Source: Squalus acanthias
Lineage: Eukaryota
Assembly (NCBI GenBank): GCA_030390025.1
Contig: CM059431.1
Coordinates: forward strand, 102,550,001 to 102,614,000
Reading direction: 5' to 3'
DNA: 64,000 nucleotides
Below the pieces are notes generated by a model. It was not told where the DNA came from. It saw only the letters and a list, made by a program, of their open reading frames with translations, and made no database searches. Position numbers and translations under genes: made by a program. Below, in pieces: positions 48,255-60,796 of the stretch (position 1 is the first letter of the stretch; every line of letters starts with the position of its first letter).

Positions 48255-49370
48255 GTAGGGTGGGTCAGTGGCAGCTTGGATAAGGAATTGGCTTAAGGAC
48301 AGAAAACAGCGAGTTGTGGTAAATGGCTGTTTTTCAGACTGGAGGATGGTAGTGGTGTTCCCCAAGGGACAGTGCTGGGGCCACTGCTTTTTTTGATATA
48401 TATATATAAATAAATGACCTGGATATTGGAATACAGAGTAGAATTTCTAAATTTGCCGATGACACCAAACTTGGGGGTGTGGTAAACAGTGAGGATGATA
48501 CCAATCGACTGCAATGGGACATAGAAAGGCTAGCAGAATGGGCAGACAAGTGGCAGATGGAATTTAATACAGAGAAGTGTGAGGTGATGCATTTTGGCAG
48601 AAGGAACAGGGAGAGGCAATATACACTTAATGGCACAATTCTAAAGAGTGTGCAGGGACAGAGGGACCTGGGAGTTAATCTGCATACGTCCCTAAAGGTG
48701 GCAGGACATATTGAGAGAGTGGTTAACAAAGCATATGGGATCTTGGGCTTCATAAATAGAGGTATTGAGTACAAAAGGAGAGAAGTTATGCTGAACCTTT
48801 ATAAAGCGCTGGTTAGGCCACAACTGGAGTATTGCGTCTAGTTCTGGTCACCACACTTTAGGAAGGATGTGAAGGCCCTTGAGAGGGTGCAGAGGAGATT
48901 TATCAGAATGGTTCTGGGGATGAGAGATCTTAGCTACAAGGAGAGGTTGGAGAAGCTGGATTTGTTTTCATTAGAGCAAAGGAGGTTGAGGGGTGATTTG
49001 ATAGAGGTGTACAAGATCATGACAGGTTTGGATAGGCTAGACGGGGAAAGGCTGTTCCCACTAGTTGATGGTACAAGGACTAGGGGACACAGATTTAAGG
49101 TTTTGGGCAAGAGATACAGGGGGGACGTGAGGGAAAACTTTTTTATGCAGCGAGTGGTGAGGATCTGGAACTCGCTGCCGATGGAAGTGGTGGAAGCGAA
49201 GACACTCAATGTTTTCAAGGGGAGACTGGGCAGGCAATTGAGGGAAATAAACTTGCAGGGCTATGGGGATAGAGCGGGGGAATGGGACTGACTGGATTGC
49301 TCTACAGAGAGCCGGCACGGACTCGATGGGCCGAATGGCCTCCTTCTGTGCCGTCATGACTCGCTGACTC
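48255..49370 (+). mobile_element. CR1 3' portion (RT to tail)
   Basis: GVPQGTVLGP, FADD, WQMEFN and WNSLP. Confidence 0.9.
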
Positions 49371-49371
49371 T

Positions 49372-49795
49372 AAAACATCCCAAGATGCTTCACAAGAGCG
49401 TTAGCAAACAAAAATATGGCACTGAGGAGATATTAAGACAGGTGAAGAGGTGGATTTTCAAAAGGGTCTTAAAAAAAATGAGAGGGAGGTAGACAGGCGG
49501 GGAGATTTAGGCAGGGAATTCCAGAGCTTAGGGCCTCGGCAGCTGAAGGCACGGCCGCCAATGGTGGAGCGAAGGAAATGGGGGATGCTCAAGAGGCCAG
49601 AATTAGAGGAGCGCAGAGATCTCGGAGGGTTGTAGGGCTGGAGGTGGTTTACAGAGATAGGGGAGGGGCGAGGCCATGGAGGGATTTGAAAAGAAGGATG
49701 AGAATTTTAAATGCGAGGCTCTGCCGGACCGTGAACCAGTGTAGGTCAGCGAGCACAGGGGGCGGCGGGTGAACGGGACTTGGTGCGAGTCAGGA
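49372..49795 (-). mobile_element. L2 3' fragment
   Basis: GGAATTCCAGAGCTTAGGGCC...GGACTTGGTGCGAGT. Confidence 0.8.
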
Positions 49796-50204
49796 AGGAT
49801 ACAGTAATATATTGTGAAAGCACAATTTCCTTCTGTACACCCCTGTGCGTAGCTTTGTGTCTGTTTAACAACAGCTGGAGGCTGGCATCCTGACACACAG
49901 ATTGTGGAGTAAGGAAATAATGTGGCAACTGCTGTTTGAGACAGGTTTTGGAAAATGAATGCAGCAAGGCAGCTTTAAAAGCATATTGTACTTCAAGTGC
50001 CAATCACAAAGGATTACAAAGACACAGAGGAAACAGTCAGAGAATCTGGAATTACTCATTTGAACAAACTTGACTAGGTAGCGGATTATATGTTGGCAGA
50101 ATTCAAATATCTTCGCAAAGCACTGCCTGTCTCGGGTTTTAGAGGTAAACCAATTTAATACTTGCGTGATTTACATTTACACATCAAGGCTGAACATTTA
50201 TCCT

Positions 50205-50625
50205 GGAACAGGCGGGGGCTCGTCTCTAGAGAAGAGAAGACTGATGGGGTGACCCGATAGAGGTCTTTAAGATTGCGAAGGGGTTTGATAGGGTAGACGT
50301 AGAGAAGATGTTTCCACTTGTGGGGGAGACCAGAACTAGGGGCCATAAATATAAGATAGTCACTAATAAATCCAATAAGGAATTCAGGAGAAACTTCTTT
50401 ACCCAGAGAGTGGTGAGAATGTGGAACTCGCTACCACAGGGAGTGGTTGAGACGAACAGTATAGATGCATTTAAGGGGAAGCCGGATAAACACATGAGGG
50501 AGAAAGGAATAGAAGGATATGCTGATGGGGTGAGATGAAGAGGGGTGGGAGGAGGCTCGTGTGGAGCAGAAACACCGGCACGGACTGGTTGGGCCGAATG
50601 GTCTGTTTCTGTGCTGCACATTCTG
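50205..50625 (+). mobile_element. CR1 3' end
   Basis: RTRGHKYKI...FFTQRVVRMWNSLP. Confidence 0.88.
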
Positions 50626-50779
50626 GGTAATCTGAAGCTCATGGTTTACGATATCATCAGGGTTAGAAAAAAGCAGAAGTGAAAACGAGGTCAATCAAGT
50701 CCCGTAAGGGGATGTCAAGCGTAACTTTTAAAAACTTGTAGGAGGTACGAGACTGAGGAAGACAAGGAGTTTGAATATT

Positions 50780-51260
50780 TTTTTTGAGGTCCGGGGAAAG
50801 AACGGCCGCGAAATTGGCTTGTGGCAAACGGGATTTTGCCGGGACGAAAAAAAAAAAGGACCTCGCGGAGTTCGGACCTCGCGGAGTTCGGGCCACGCGG
50901 AGTTCGGACCTCGCGGAGTTCGGGCCACGCGGAGTTCGGACCTCGCGGAGTTCGGGCCACGCGGAGTTCGGACCTCGCGGAGTTCGGGCCACGCGGAGTT
51001 CGGACCTCGCGGAGTTCGGGCCACGTCCCCCTCAGGACAGGCCCGGCATGCTGGTGACATCTGTCTCTCCACAAGGAGGCGGTGAGTCGGTCACGCAGGA
51101 GTTGGAGATCGGCCAGGCTGGGACACGAGCGATGACCGGAGGCGAGAGATGAAAGGAGCGAGTGCGAGAAGCGCTTCCTCGGGTGTGCGAGTCAGACACT
51201 TCCGTGCACAACACAACGGAACTGGGAAGTTGAACTTCGCATCCCACCACGCCACAAGAG
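50780..51260. promoter_or_regulatory. Candidate CpG island / promoter
   Basis: CpG-rich sequence that does not match the repeats elsewhere in the window. ETS-like CACTTCCG at ~51196 and donor-like GCG|GTGAGT at ~51081. Confidence 0.3.
50858..51025. repeat. Minisatellite of about 10.5 x 16-bp units, mostly alternating two variants
   Basis: Units GGACCTCGCGGAGTTC and GGGCCACGCGGAGTTC. Confidence 0.95.
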
Positions 51261-51886
51261 AGTACATCGATGGTACAAAACTATACGTCCTGAGCCATTC
51301 TTGTTGGCTTATAAATGATACAAAACGTGCTATAAATCGATGACTATAGCACTAACAATTGGATGGATGGATATTCACAATGAGCAACAAACCACAGAGC
51401 ATATTTTAAGCAGAGTGTCTATTGACACCACTGTAGCAGCCAATGAGTTGGAGGCAGGGCCAGATTTACGGCAGGACTCATAGCAAACAGTCTATTTTAC
51501 AACAAAGTCTATTTACTCAGCAGAGTCTATTTAAACAGTGCACCACAGCAAACAGTCTGCAGAGTCTATTTAAAAAGAGTCTTGACGAACTACAGCAAAC
51601 AGAACTCATGACCGAAACTACGGCAATGTCTCCCGATAAAAGCAGGATTATTTCTCCAGCAAAGTGCAGTGAGCGGAGGATAGTTACGGAATACAAATTA
51701 TGTGCGTAAAATCAATCCCAGTCACTTGCAGCGTGACTGACGGGGGAATTACCCAATCCTCCCCATTTTGGCTGGGACTTGTGGTGTCACTATACACAGC
51801 CTATTTTAAGTACATTTCACCCTAATGTTTTCCCATCTCCGGGTGGCACTGACTTATGCTTTGGTACCTGGGATCTTCCAATACTT

Positions 51887-52420
51887 ATAGAATCATAGAA
51901 ACTTATGGCACAAAAGGAGGCCATTCGGCCCATTGTGTCTTCGCCAGCCGAAAAAGAGCTCTCCAGCCTAATCCCACTTTCCAGCTCTTGGTCCGTAGCC
52001 CTGTAGGTTACAGCACTTCAGGTGCATATCCAAGTACTTTTTAAATGTGATGAGGGTTTCGGCCTCGACCACCCTTTCAGGCAGTGAGTTCCAGACCCCC
52101 ACCACCCTCTGGGTGAAGAAAGTTCTCAACTCTCCTCTAATCCTTCTACCAATTACTTTCAATCTATGCCCCCTGGTTGTTGGCCCCCTCTGCTAAGGGA
52201 AATAGGTCCTTTCTCTATCCACTCTATCATAATTTTATACACCTCAACTAAATCTCCACTCAGCCTCCTCTGTTCCAAAGAAAACCACCCCAGTCTATCC
52301 AATCTTTCCTCATAGCTAAAATTCCCCAGCCCAGGCAACATCCTTGTAAATCTCCTCTGTACCCTCTCTAGTGCAGACGTGTCTTTCCTGTAATGTGGTG
52401 ACCAGAACTGCACGCAGTGC
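51887..52420 (-). mobile_element. CR1 3' portion
   Basis: QFWSPHYRKD...WNSLPERVVEAE. Confidence 0.88.
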
Positions 52421-52912
52421 TCTAACCTATTTCTTATTTCTCAAGTATAAGACTAAGCATTGTTGTTAGCTTATTAAACAAGGCAGGGCAATGGGTACCA
52501 TAGCCCAGCTTAATCCAACATCTTCACCCGACATCCACACTCTCCCGAGCATGAATCACTGGATAGCAATCAGGAATAATAACCGTGACTGATTTCTTCC
52601 CTCCACCCCCCCACCATCCCTTAACCCAGGCATGCTAAGACAGAGATGGCCCTTATCACCACATGTTGAGATAAGGAGGACTTTGGGGAATGTACGGTTC
52701 AGTTCCATACTGGGCCGTGCAGCAACCGAGTCATCGGGTGAGCTTCTTTCAAGCGTGTGTGAATAACAACACACATTTATATATAGCGCTTCTAACACAG
52801 TAAAACATCCCAAGGCGCCTCACAGGAGCGTTGACAAACAAAATTTGACACCGAGCCACCTAAGGAGATATTAGGACAGGTAATGAGGTAGCTTTTAAAG
52901 AGCGTCTTAAAA

Positions 52913-53296
52913 GGAGAAGTCGCACAACACCAGGTTATAGTCCAACAGCTTTATTTGAAATCACAAGCTTTCGGAGCGCTGCTCCTTCGTCAGGTGAAGT
53001 GAAGAAATACAAATGGGCACAGCATATATAGTCAGAGAACAATGCCAGACGACTACAGTTAATCTTTCTAACTGCCTAAACTTTCTAAAAGGGCAGTTAG
53101 AAAGATTAACTGTAGTCGTCTGGCATTGTTCTCTGACTATTTATGCTGTGCCCATATGTATTTCTTCACTTCACCTGACGAAGGAGCAGCGCTCCGAAAG
53201 CTTGTGATTTCAAATAAAGCTGTTGGACTATAACCTGGTGTTGTGCGACTTCTCACTTTTGTCCACCCCAGTTCAACACCGGCATCTCCGCATCAT
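52913..53296 (+). mobile_element. Penelope-like hairpin insertion (family B)
   Basis: Inverted arms of about 163 bp (52914-53076 and 53092-53254) plus a 3' tail. TSD GTCTTAAAA at 52904-52912 and 53297-53305. Confidence 0.85.
53171..53207 (+). ncRNA. Minimal type I hammerhead ribozyme motif (mirror copy on minus strand at 52961-52997)
   Basis: UCAC-CUGACGA-A-GGAGC(AGC)GCUCC-GAAA-GCUU-GUGA, with stem I UCAC/GUGA and a palindromic AAGCUU stem III. Confidence 0.78.
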
Positions 53297-53305
53297 GTCT
53301 TAAAA

Positions 53306-53585
53306 TGTGCGGGTTAGGTTGATTTGGCTATGATAAATTGACCCTTAGTGTTAGGGGGGGATTAAATATGTGGGGTTACGGGGATAGGATGGGATATGTT
53401 AGGGGGAATTAAATACGTGGGGTTACGGGGATAGGGTGGGATATGTGTCAGTGTAGGCTCTATGGGGATTCTGTGTGAGAAAGCAGGGACAGGGTACTGG
53501 ATTTGGATGATCAGCCATGATCGTATTGAATGGCGGAGCAGGCTCGATGGGCCGAATGGCCTACTCCTGCTCCTAGTTTCTATGT
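53306..53585 (+). mobile_element. HE1 SINE, 5'-truncated
   Basis: Near-identical to 41350-41635; flanked by TTAAAA on both sides. Confidence 0.88.
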
Positions 53586-54164
53586 TAAAAGGAGAGAGGT
53601 AGAGAGGCAGAGAGGTTTATGGAGGGAATTCCAGAGCTTAGCACATAGGCAGCTGAAGAAACAGCGCAAGAGGCCAGAATTGGAGGATCGCAGAGATCTC
53701 AGGGGGGTTGTGGGGCTGAAGGAGATTCCAGAGATAGGGAGGGGGCGAGGCCATGGAGAGATTTGAAAACAAGGATGAGAATTTTAAAATCACGGTGTTG
53801 CCGGACCGGGAGCCAATGTAGGTCAGCGAGCAACAGGGGGTGATGGGCGAACGGGACTTGGTGCGAGTTAGGACACGGGCAGCAGAGTTTCGGAGGAGCT
53901 CAAGTTTACATAAGCTGCAAGGTGGGAGGCCGGCCAGGAGAGGTGTGGTTAATTATTTGAAATAATATAAAAAGTAATGAACTCAGGCAATCAAGTTGGA
54001 GGTGGAGACTTTAATGTCTCCAATCGGTGCAGCCAGTATAGTTAATGGCTTGGCTTTGGCTCATATAGAATGAGTGGTGGCTGGGTCAGGACACCACGTG
54101 TCCATTAACTGGAGAATCCAACCGGGTGAAAAGGCTGGTTCATACTATAACTCTTACAAAGTAT

Positions 54165-54675
54165 TAACAGCACAGAAACAGGCTATTCGGCCCAACTGGT
54201 CCGAGCCTCCTCCCACCCCTCTGCATCAACATATCCTTCTATTCCCTTCTCCCTCATGTGTTTATCTAGCTTCCCCTTAAATGCATCAATGCTATTCGCC
54301 TCAACCGTTCCCTGTGGTAGCGAGTTCCACATTCTCCCCACTCTCTGGGTAAAGAAGTTTCTCCTGAATTCCATATTGGCTTTATTACTGACTATCTTAT
54401 ATTTATGGCCCATAGTTCCAGTCTCGTCTGCAAGTAGAAACATCTTCTCTACGTCTACCCTCTCAAAACCCTTTCATCATCTTAAAGACCTCCATCAGGT
54501 CACCCCCTCAAGTCTTCTTTTTTTGAGAGAAAAGAGCCCCAGCCTGTTCAATTTCTCCTGATGGGTGCAACCTCTCAGTTCTGGTATCATTCTCGTAAAT
54601 CTTTTTTGCACCTTCTCCAGTGCCTCTATATCCTTTTTATAATATGGAGACCCAGAACTGTTTCACAGTACTCCA
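54165..54675 (-). mobile_element. CR1 3' portion
   Basis: GHKYKIV...FFTQRVGRMWNSLP. Confidence 0.85.
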
Positions 54676-55039
54676 AATTCTTCCATTTCGTCTGTTAAAA
54701 AGTATTGCAAGAAAATGTAACGCTGATGATCCATTACTGACACGGCTGGCACAGACTGGAGACACTCGAGCTCACTGAGCTGTGTTTAATAGCTGGTAGT
54801 TTTACACTCTTCAGGCAACAATATCATTTGTGTCAGTGCTGCCACGGGGATGTCAGTCTCCTGTTGCTGCACCATTCTCGGCCGCTCCGATACCTTTCCT
54901 TCTCTCTCACTAAGAGAGTAAAACAGATTGAATACTTTCAGATGCACAGTGTGACCCAGGAGTACCTGTGAATTGCAGTGTGATGTACTTAACAGCAAGA
55001 GAGAAGGAAGGAAATCCGAATATGGTGCTTGGTACATCT

Positions 55040-56455
55040 TAGAATCATGGTATAGTACAGCACAGAGGGAGGCCATTCGGCCCATCGAGTCTGCACCAGC
55101 TCTTTCGAAGAGCAATCCAGTTAGTCCCACTCCCCGGCTCTTTCCCTATATCCCTGCAATTTTTTCTCCTTCAAGTATTTATCTAATTCCCTTTTGAAGG
55201 CTGCTATTGAATCTGTGTCCACCGCCCTATCAGGCAGCGCATTCCAAATCCCAACCACTCGTTGCATAAAAATGTTTTCCCTCATGTCTTCTCTGATTCT
55301 TTTGTCACTCACCTTCAATCTGTGCCCTCTGGTTATCGACCCTTCAGCCATTGGAAACAGTTTCTCTTTATTTACTCTATCTAAACCCTCCATGATTTTG
55401 AACACCTCTATCAAATCTCCTCTTATCCTTCTCTGCTCCAAGGCGAACGACGCCAGCTTCTCCAGTCTGTCCACGTAACTGTAATCCCTCATCCCTGGAA
55501 CCATTCTAGTAAATCTCTTCTGCACCCTCTCCAAACCGTCACATCCTTACTAAAGTGCGGTGCCCAGAATTGGACACAATCCTCCAGCTGAGGTCAAACT
55601 AGTGTTTTATACCGGTTTAGCATAACTTCCTGGCTTTGTGCACTCTCTGCCTCTATTTATAAAGCCCAGGATCCCACATGCTTTATTAACTGCTTTGTTA
55701 ACCTGTCCTGCCACCTTCAAAGATTTGTGCACAAACACCCCCAGGTCTCTCTGTTCTTGCACCCCCTTTAAAATTGGACCATTTAGCTTGGATTGTCTCA
55801 TTCTTCCTCCCAGAATGTATCACCTCTCACTTTTCCGAGTTGCATTTCACCTGCCATGTGTCAACAACAACAACAACAACAACTTGTATTTATATAGCGC
55901 CTTTAACTTAGTAAAATGTCCCAAGACGCTTCATAAGAGTATTTTAAGGCAAAAAATTTGACACCGAGCCACCTAAGGAGAAATTAGGGCAGGTGACCAA
56001 AAGCTTGGTCAAAGAGGTAGGTTTTAAGGAGCGTCTTAAAAAGGAGGAAAGAGAGGTGGAGAGGTTTAGGGAGGGAATTTCAGAGCTTAGGGCCCAGGCA
56101 ACAGAAGGCACGGCCACCAATGGTCGAGCGATTATAATCAGGGATCCTCAAGAGGGCAGAAATAGAGGAGCGCAGATATCGCGGGGGGTTGTGGGGCTGA
56201 AGGAGATTACAGAGATAGGAAGGGGCGAGGACATGGAGGGCTTTGAGAACAAGGATGAGAATTTTGAAATCGCGGCGCTGCTTAACTGGGAGCCAATGTA
56301 GGTCAGCGAGCACAGTGGGGTGATGGGCGAACGTGTCCATCTATTCCACTAGCCTGCCCCTGTCTTCGTGCAGTCTATCACGATCCTCCTCGCTGTTTAC
56401 TACACTTCCAAGTTTCGTGTCATCTGCAAATTTCGAAATTGTGCCCTGCACACCG
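55040..56455 (-). mobile_element. CR1 3' portion with nested L2 3' end (55862-56332)
   Basis: CR1 RT and C-terminal translations lie on both sides. The L2 has an (AAC)n tail and LHWLPVKQR...FKIL. Confidence 0.85.
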
Positions 56456-56524
56456 CCCCTCCCCAATGTCATCAATTGATTTGCAAGCTTATTTTTATTT
56501 CAAAAAACATCTGCGGCCTAACGG

Positions 56525-56781
56525 TAGGGTTGCCAACCCTCCAGGATTGCTCTGGAGTCTCCAGGAATTGAAGATTACTCTAGACGCTGTTGCTAGCAAC
56601 ACCCAGGAAAATAAATCATCCCAGGAGCATAAAAAAAAATGCATTCTCTTTTAACACTTTCATTTATTAGTTATAAATTTAGAGAGGGGTGGGGGGAGGG
56701 GGGGGTGAAATAAAGGCGGGGCGGTTGGAGTTCAGTGAGGGAAAGCTCCAGGAATATGTCCAGCCAGAGTTGGCAACCCTG
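56525..56781. mobile_element. hAT-type MITE, short variant
   Basis: TAGGGTTGCCAAC ... GTTGGCAACCCTG. Confidence 0.75.
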
Positions 56782-57339
56782 CTTCACCTATAGTTTGCGA
56801 AGGTACACAAAAAGATTACAGCTCGGGGAGACTGCCACAGGCTGGAGCAGATCTCCTGCTGCGAGACAACACATACCAATCATTCAGTCAGGCTGAAACA
56901 GATTCCCTATTCATCTGAAGGCCTGGATAAACATCCACCGTGGTAGCTGTGGGAAGCTGAACCAGTGGGTTGGCGGGAGCTTTTCATTCTGTACCAACCC
57001 ACACCATCACATCACATCCTTTACTCAAATTAGGAATTCTGCAGTTTCGAAAGCTTACAGCAAAAAAAAAAGGGCTGAAATTTCTATAATTGATACTGGT
57101 GTTCAAATCCCTCCAAGGCCTCACCCCTCCCAATCTCTCACTTCCTCCACCCCTACAACCCTCCGAGATCTCTGCGCTCCTCCAATTCTGTTCTCCTGTG
57201 CATCCCCCCCACTTCCTTCGCTCCACCATTTGCAGCCGCGCCTTCAGCTGCCTAGGCCCCAAGCTCTCGAATTCCCTCCCTAAACTTCTCTGCCTTGAAG
57301 ATGCTCCTTAAACCCTACCTCTTTGAGCAAGCTACTCCC

Positions 57340-60300
57340 ATCGTGTCAATCGCAGATAAGGTAATCTCTGACCAGTTCCTCATATCGCTCTCCACCCACA
57401 TCCCCCTTCCAACCCTACTTCCTTCTGTGTCCGCCCCTGGAAAAAACTCTCTCCCCAGCTCTCTTTGCAACTGTACTTATGAAATCCCAAATGTCCAGCC
57501 TTTGGCCCTCCATTCACCGCGACATTTCTGCAGCTAGCGATCTGCTCAACCACACCCTCACCCCCTTTGATGCCCTAATCTCCATTAAAACCATTACTCT
57601 CTCTCACCCTGGCCATTCCCCCGGTACAGCCCTCATCTTCGCTCCCTTAAGTCCAAGGGATGCAGACTTGAACGGATATGGTGGACAACTAGTTTAGCCA
57701 TTCACCACCAGATCTGGCTGGACCACATAAAAGTATTATCGGGTCCTGCTCTCGTCTGCCAAAATTGCTCACTATTCCAGAATGATTCTGGAATGCAAAG
57801 ATAAACCCCGGCTTCTATTCTCTACTGCTAACCATCTTCTTAAACCCCTCTCCCGTCTCCTCCACCCTCACCTCTGACAAGTGTGAGGAGCTCATGGACT
57901 TCTTTGTCTCTAAGATTGAGACCATCCGTTCAGCTGCCTCTGCCACTTTGCTTCCTTCCCCTAGCCCACCGGGCCAAACTTCCTCTAAGGTTCCCCCCCT
58001 GCCCTAGCCCTGAACTCGCATCTTTCTCCAGTTTCTCTCCGAATCCCCCCCGCATGACCTCTCCACGCTCATCTTGTCCATGAGACCCACTTCCTGCTCC
58101 CTCGACCCTATTCCCACCAAACTGCTGACCACCCAACTTCCTTTTCTGTGTAAAGGAATAGCCATATTTCAGAAAAATACACCATCCTATGAAAGAATTT
58201 TGATTATTAAAACATGACAAACTGGGTTTAAAAATCTGGAAGCCTTAACTGTAAATACAGGCTTCTGAGAAGATGAGTTGTTAATACAAAGCTGTAAACA
58301 CCATACAGGCTTTTGAGATAAAGATCAGTTGTTGACACTGAAACAAAAGCCTCATTGAAACAGCAGATTGGAGCTTCCAGAAAGTCTGAGCTTTCGGAAG
58401 AACACAATGGAATCCCCAGTTTAAGGTGTCATAAAACTAAACACTTCGAACAGAAACACAGAACATTAAAGAATAATATGACTTCATAAATATGACATCA
58501 AATGAAAGACAGGAGACATAAGTCTGTAATACAACTAACTGCATAGATCACCCTAGTTGAAGTGTTTTTAATTTACATGTTGTAAAAGATACAAACAAAA
58601 GACTTTGTAAATATGACATCAATAGATGCACCAAGCAATCACATTGTGTTTGTATTGAACTTGGAACAGTTAGGAGACACGATGTCTGCTTATAACCAGC
58701 TGAGGTGATTTAAGAATTGAATAGAAGACCTTTGTAAGAATGGCATCAAATAGATACATCAGTTAAAACCATTTTTTATGATAAGTTTCGAACACCTACA
58801 CAGCAGACACAAGTCTGCAAGCTAACAGCTGAACTGACAGTAAGAATAGAAAGAAGTCAACAGAAATATGACTAGAGATAATTAGCTTACATCAACAGAA
58901 AACTTCAAAGGATATACCACCGAGAAAGAGTATAAAAGATAGGATTTTCAAATGGGAAAACAGAAGCCGCTGGAAGGGGCAAGCGATTCTCAACTTCAGA
59001 GGCAAGCTCTAAGTTTTCAACTCTTGAGTCTCGGGTAATCAAAGGTATTTTGATTTTGGTGGATATTCTGGATTAAGAATAAGTAGAAATGTAAAAATGT
59101 AACGAAGTTAAGATTTGAGAATAAGGATCTCAGAATAAGAATTGTAAGCTATTTGTATTTTGAACTGTTAAAGTTGCGATTGACTCACCAACTGTTAACC
59201 GCATGTCGGTTCTTTAATAAATCTATATATTTTTAGAATTGTCTCACATAGTACTTCTGTATCAAACTCGCAAACTCAAATTCTGTACACTCTTTGGTGA
59301 GGAGTTGCAGAATTCTGGGGGAGTTTTCCGGCCCCTCATAATATCCGGAAGGCTACAGTCTAGTTAAACTTATTTAAAGTGCTATCTGGAGGACGGTAAC
59401 ATCTTCAAGTCGTTCCTTTCCTTTAGGGAGAGATAGTCTGAACCTTTAGACCCAATTAAGCGTCTTATAGGATTCGGCTATCTCTAACTTTAGTTGAAGG
59501 TGAACGTCTGGGAAATACGCCTGATCTGGGGTAGCCCGAAAAGGGCTAGGACTAGTAATTATCCTTTCATCTGGCTCCCATGTTAGCTGACATTGTTAAC
59601 AGTTCTCTCTCCTTAGGTACTGTCCCCCTCCCCCTCAAATCTGCCGTCATCACCCTGCTCCTCAAAAAAATAACACGACCCCTCCGTCCTTGCAAACTAC
59701 CGCCCCATTTCCAACCTCCCTTTCCTCTCCAGAGTCCTTGAACGTGTTGTTGCCTCCCAAATCCATGCCCATCTTTACCACAACTCCATGTTTGAATCCC
59801 TCCAATCAGGTTTCCGCCCCACCACAGTACCGAAATGGCTCTCAAAGTCACAAATGACATCCTTTGTGATTGTGACAAAGGTAAACTATCCCTCCTCGTC
59901 CTTCTCGACTTGTCTGCAGCCTTTGACACGGTTGACCACTCCATCCTCCTTCAACGCCTCTCCACTGTCGTCCAGCTGGGTGGGACTGCACTCGCCTGGT
60001 TCAATTCTTATCTATCTAATCGTAACCAGAGAATCACCTGCAAATGGCTTCTCTTCCTTGGGGGTCACCAGAGGTAACATTGCGGGAATCTATCCTTGGC
60101 CCCCTCCTATTTCTCATCTACATGTTGCCCCTTGGCGACATCATCCGAAAACACAGCGTCAGTTTCCACATGTACGCTGACGACACCCAGCTCTACCTCA
60201 CCACCACTTCTCTCGACCCCTCCACGGTCTCTAAATTGTCAGACTGCTCGTCCGACATCCAGTTCTGGATGAGCAGAAATTTTCTCCAATTAAATATTGG

Positions 60301-60795
60301 GAAGACCGAAGCCATTGTTTTTGGTCCCCGCCACAAACTCCGTTCCCTAGCCACAAACTCCATCCCTCTCCCTAACATCTGTCTGAGGCTGAACACTGTT
60401 CGCAACCTTGGAGTCATATTTGACCCTGAAATGAGCTTCCGGCTACATATCCGCAGCATAACTAAGACCGCCTACTTCCACCTCCGTAACATCGCCTGTC
60501 TCCGCCCCTGCCTCAGCTCATCCGCTGCTGAAACCCTCATCCATGCCTTTGTTACCTCTAGACTTGACTATTCCAACGCACTCCTGGCCGGCCTCCCATA
60601 TTCTACCCTACGTAAACTTGAGGTCATCCAAAACTCGGCTGCCCCGTGTCCTAACTCGCACCAAGTCCCGTTCACCCATCACCCCTGTACTCACTGACCT
60701 ACATTGGCTCCCGGTTAAGCAACGACTCGATTTCAAAATTCTCATCCTTTGTTTTCAAATCCCTCCATGGCCTCGCCCCTCCCCATCTCTGTATT
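57340..60795 (+). mobile_element. Long degenerate L2 ORF2 segment split by a solo LTR
   Basis: [33 protein letters not shown] and LHWLPV. The sequence rejoins as CTTTTCTG|GCTCCCATG across 58149-59569. Confidence 0.9.
58149..59569 (+). mobile_element. Long (1421 bp) solo LTR
   Basis: Termini TGTAAAGGA...TCCTTTCA and a 4-bp TSD TCTG (58145-58148, 59570-59573). TATAAAA at ~58931, AATAAA at ~59217, and diverged ~130-bp repeats upstream of the TATA box. Confidence 0.8.
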
Positions 60796-60796
60796 G

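Larger units (their letters stand above)
52765..53945 (-). mobile_element. L2 3' portion split by Penelope-like and HE1 insertions
   Basis: The L2 motif GAGCGTCTTAAAA|GGAGAGAGGTAGAG is separated by 52913-53585. Confidence 0.8.
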
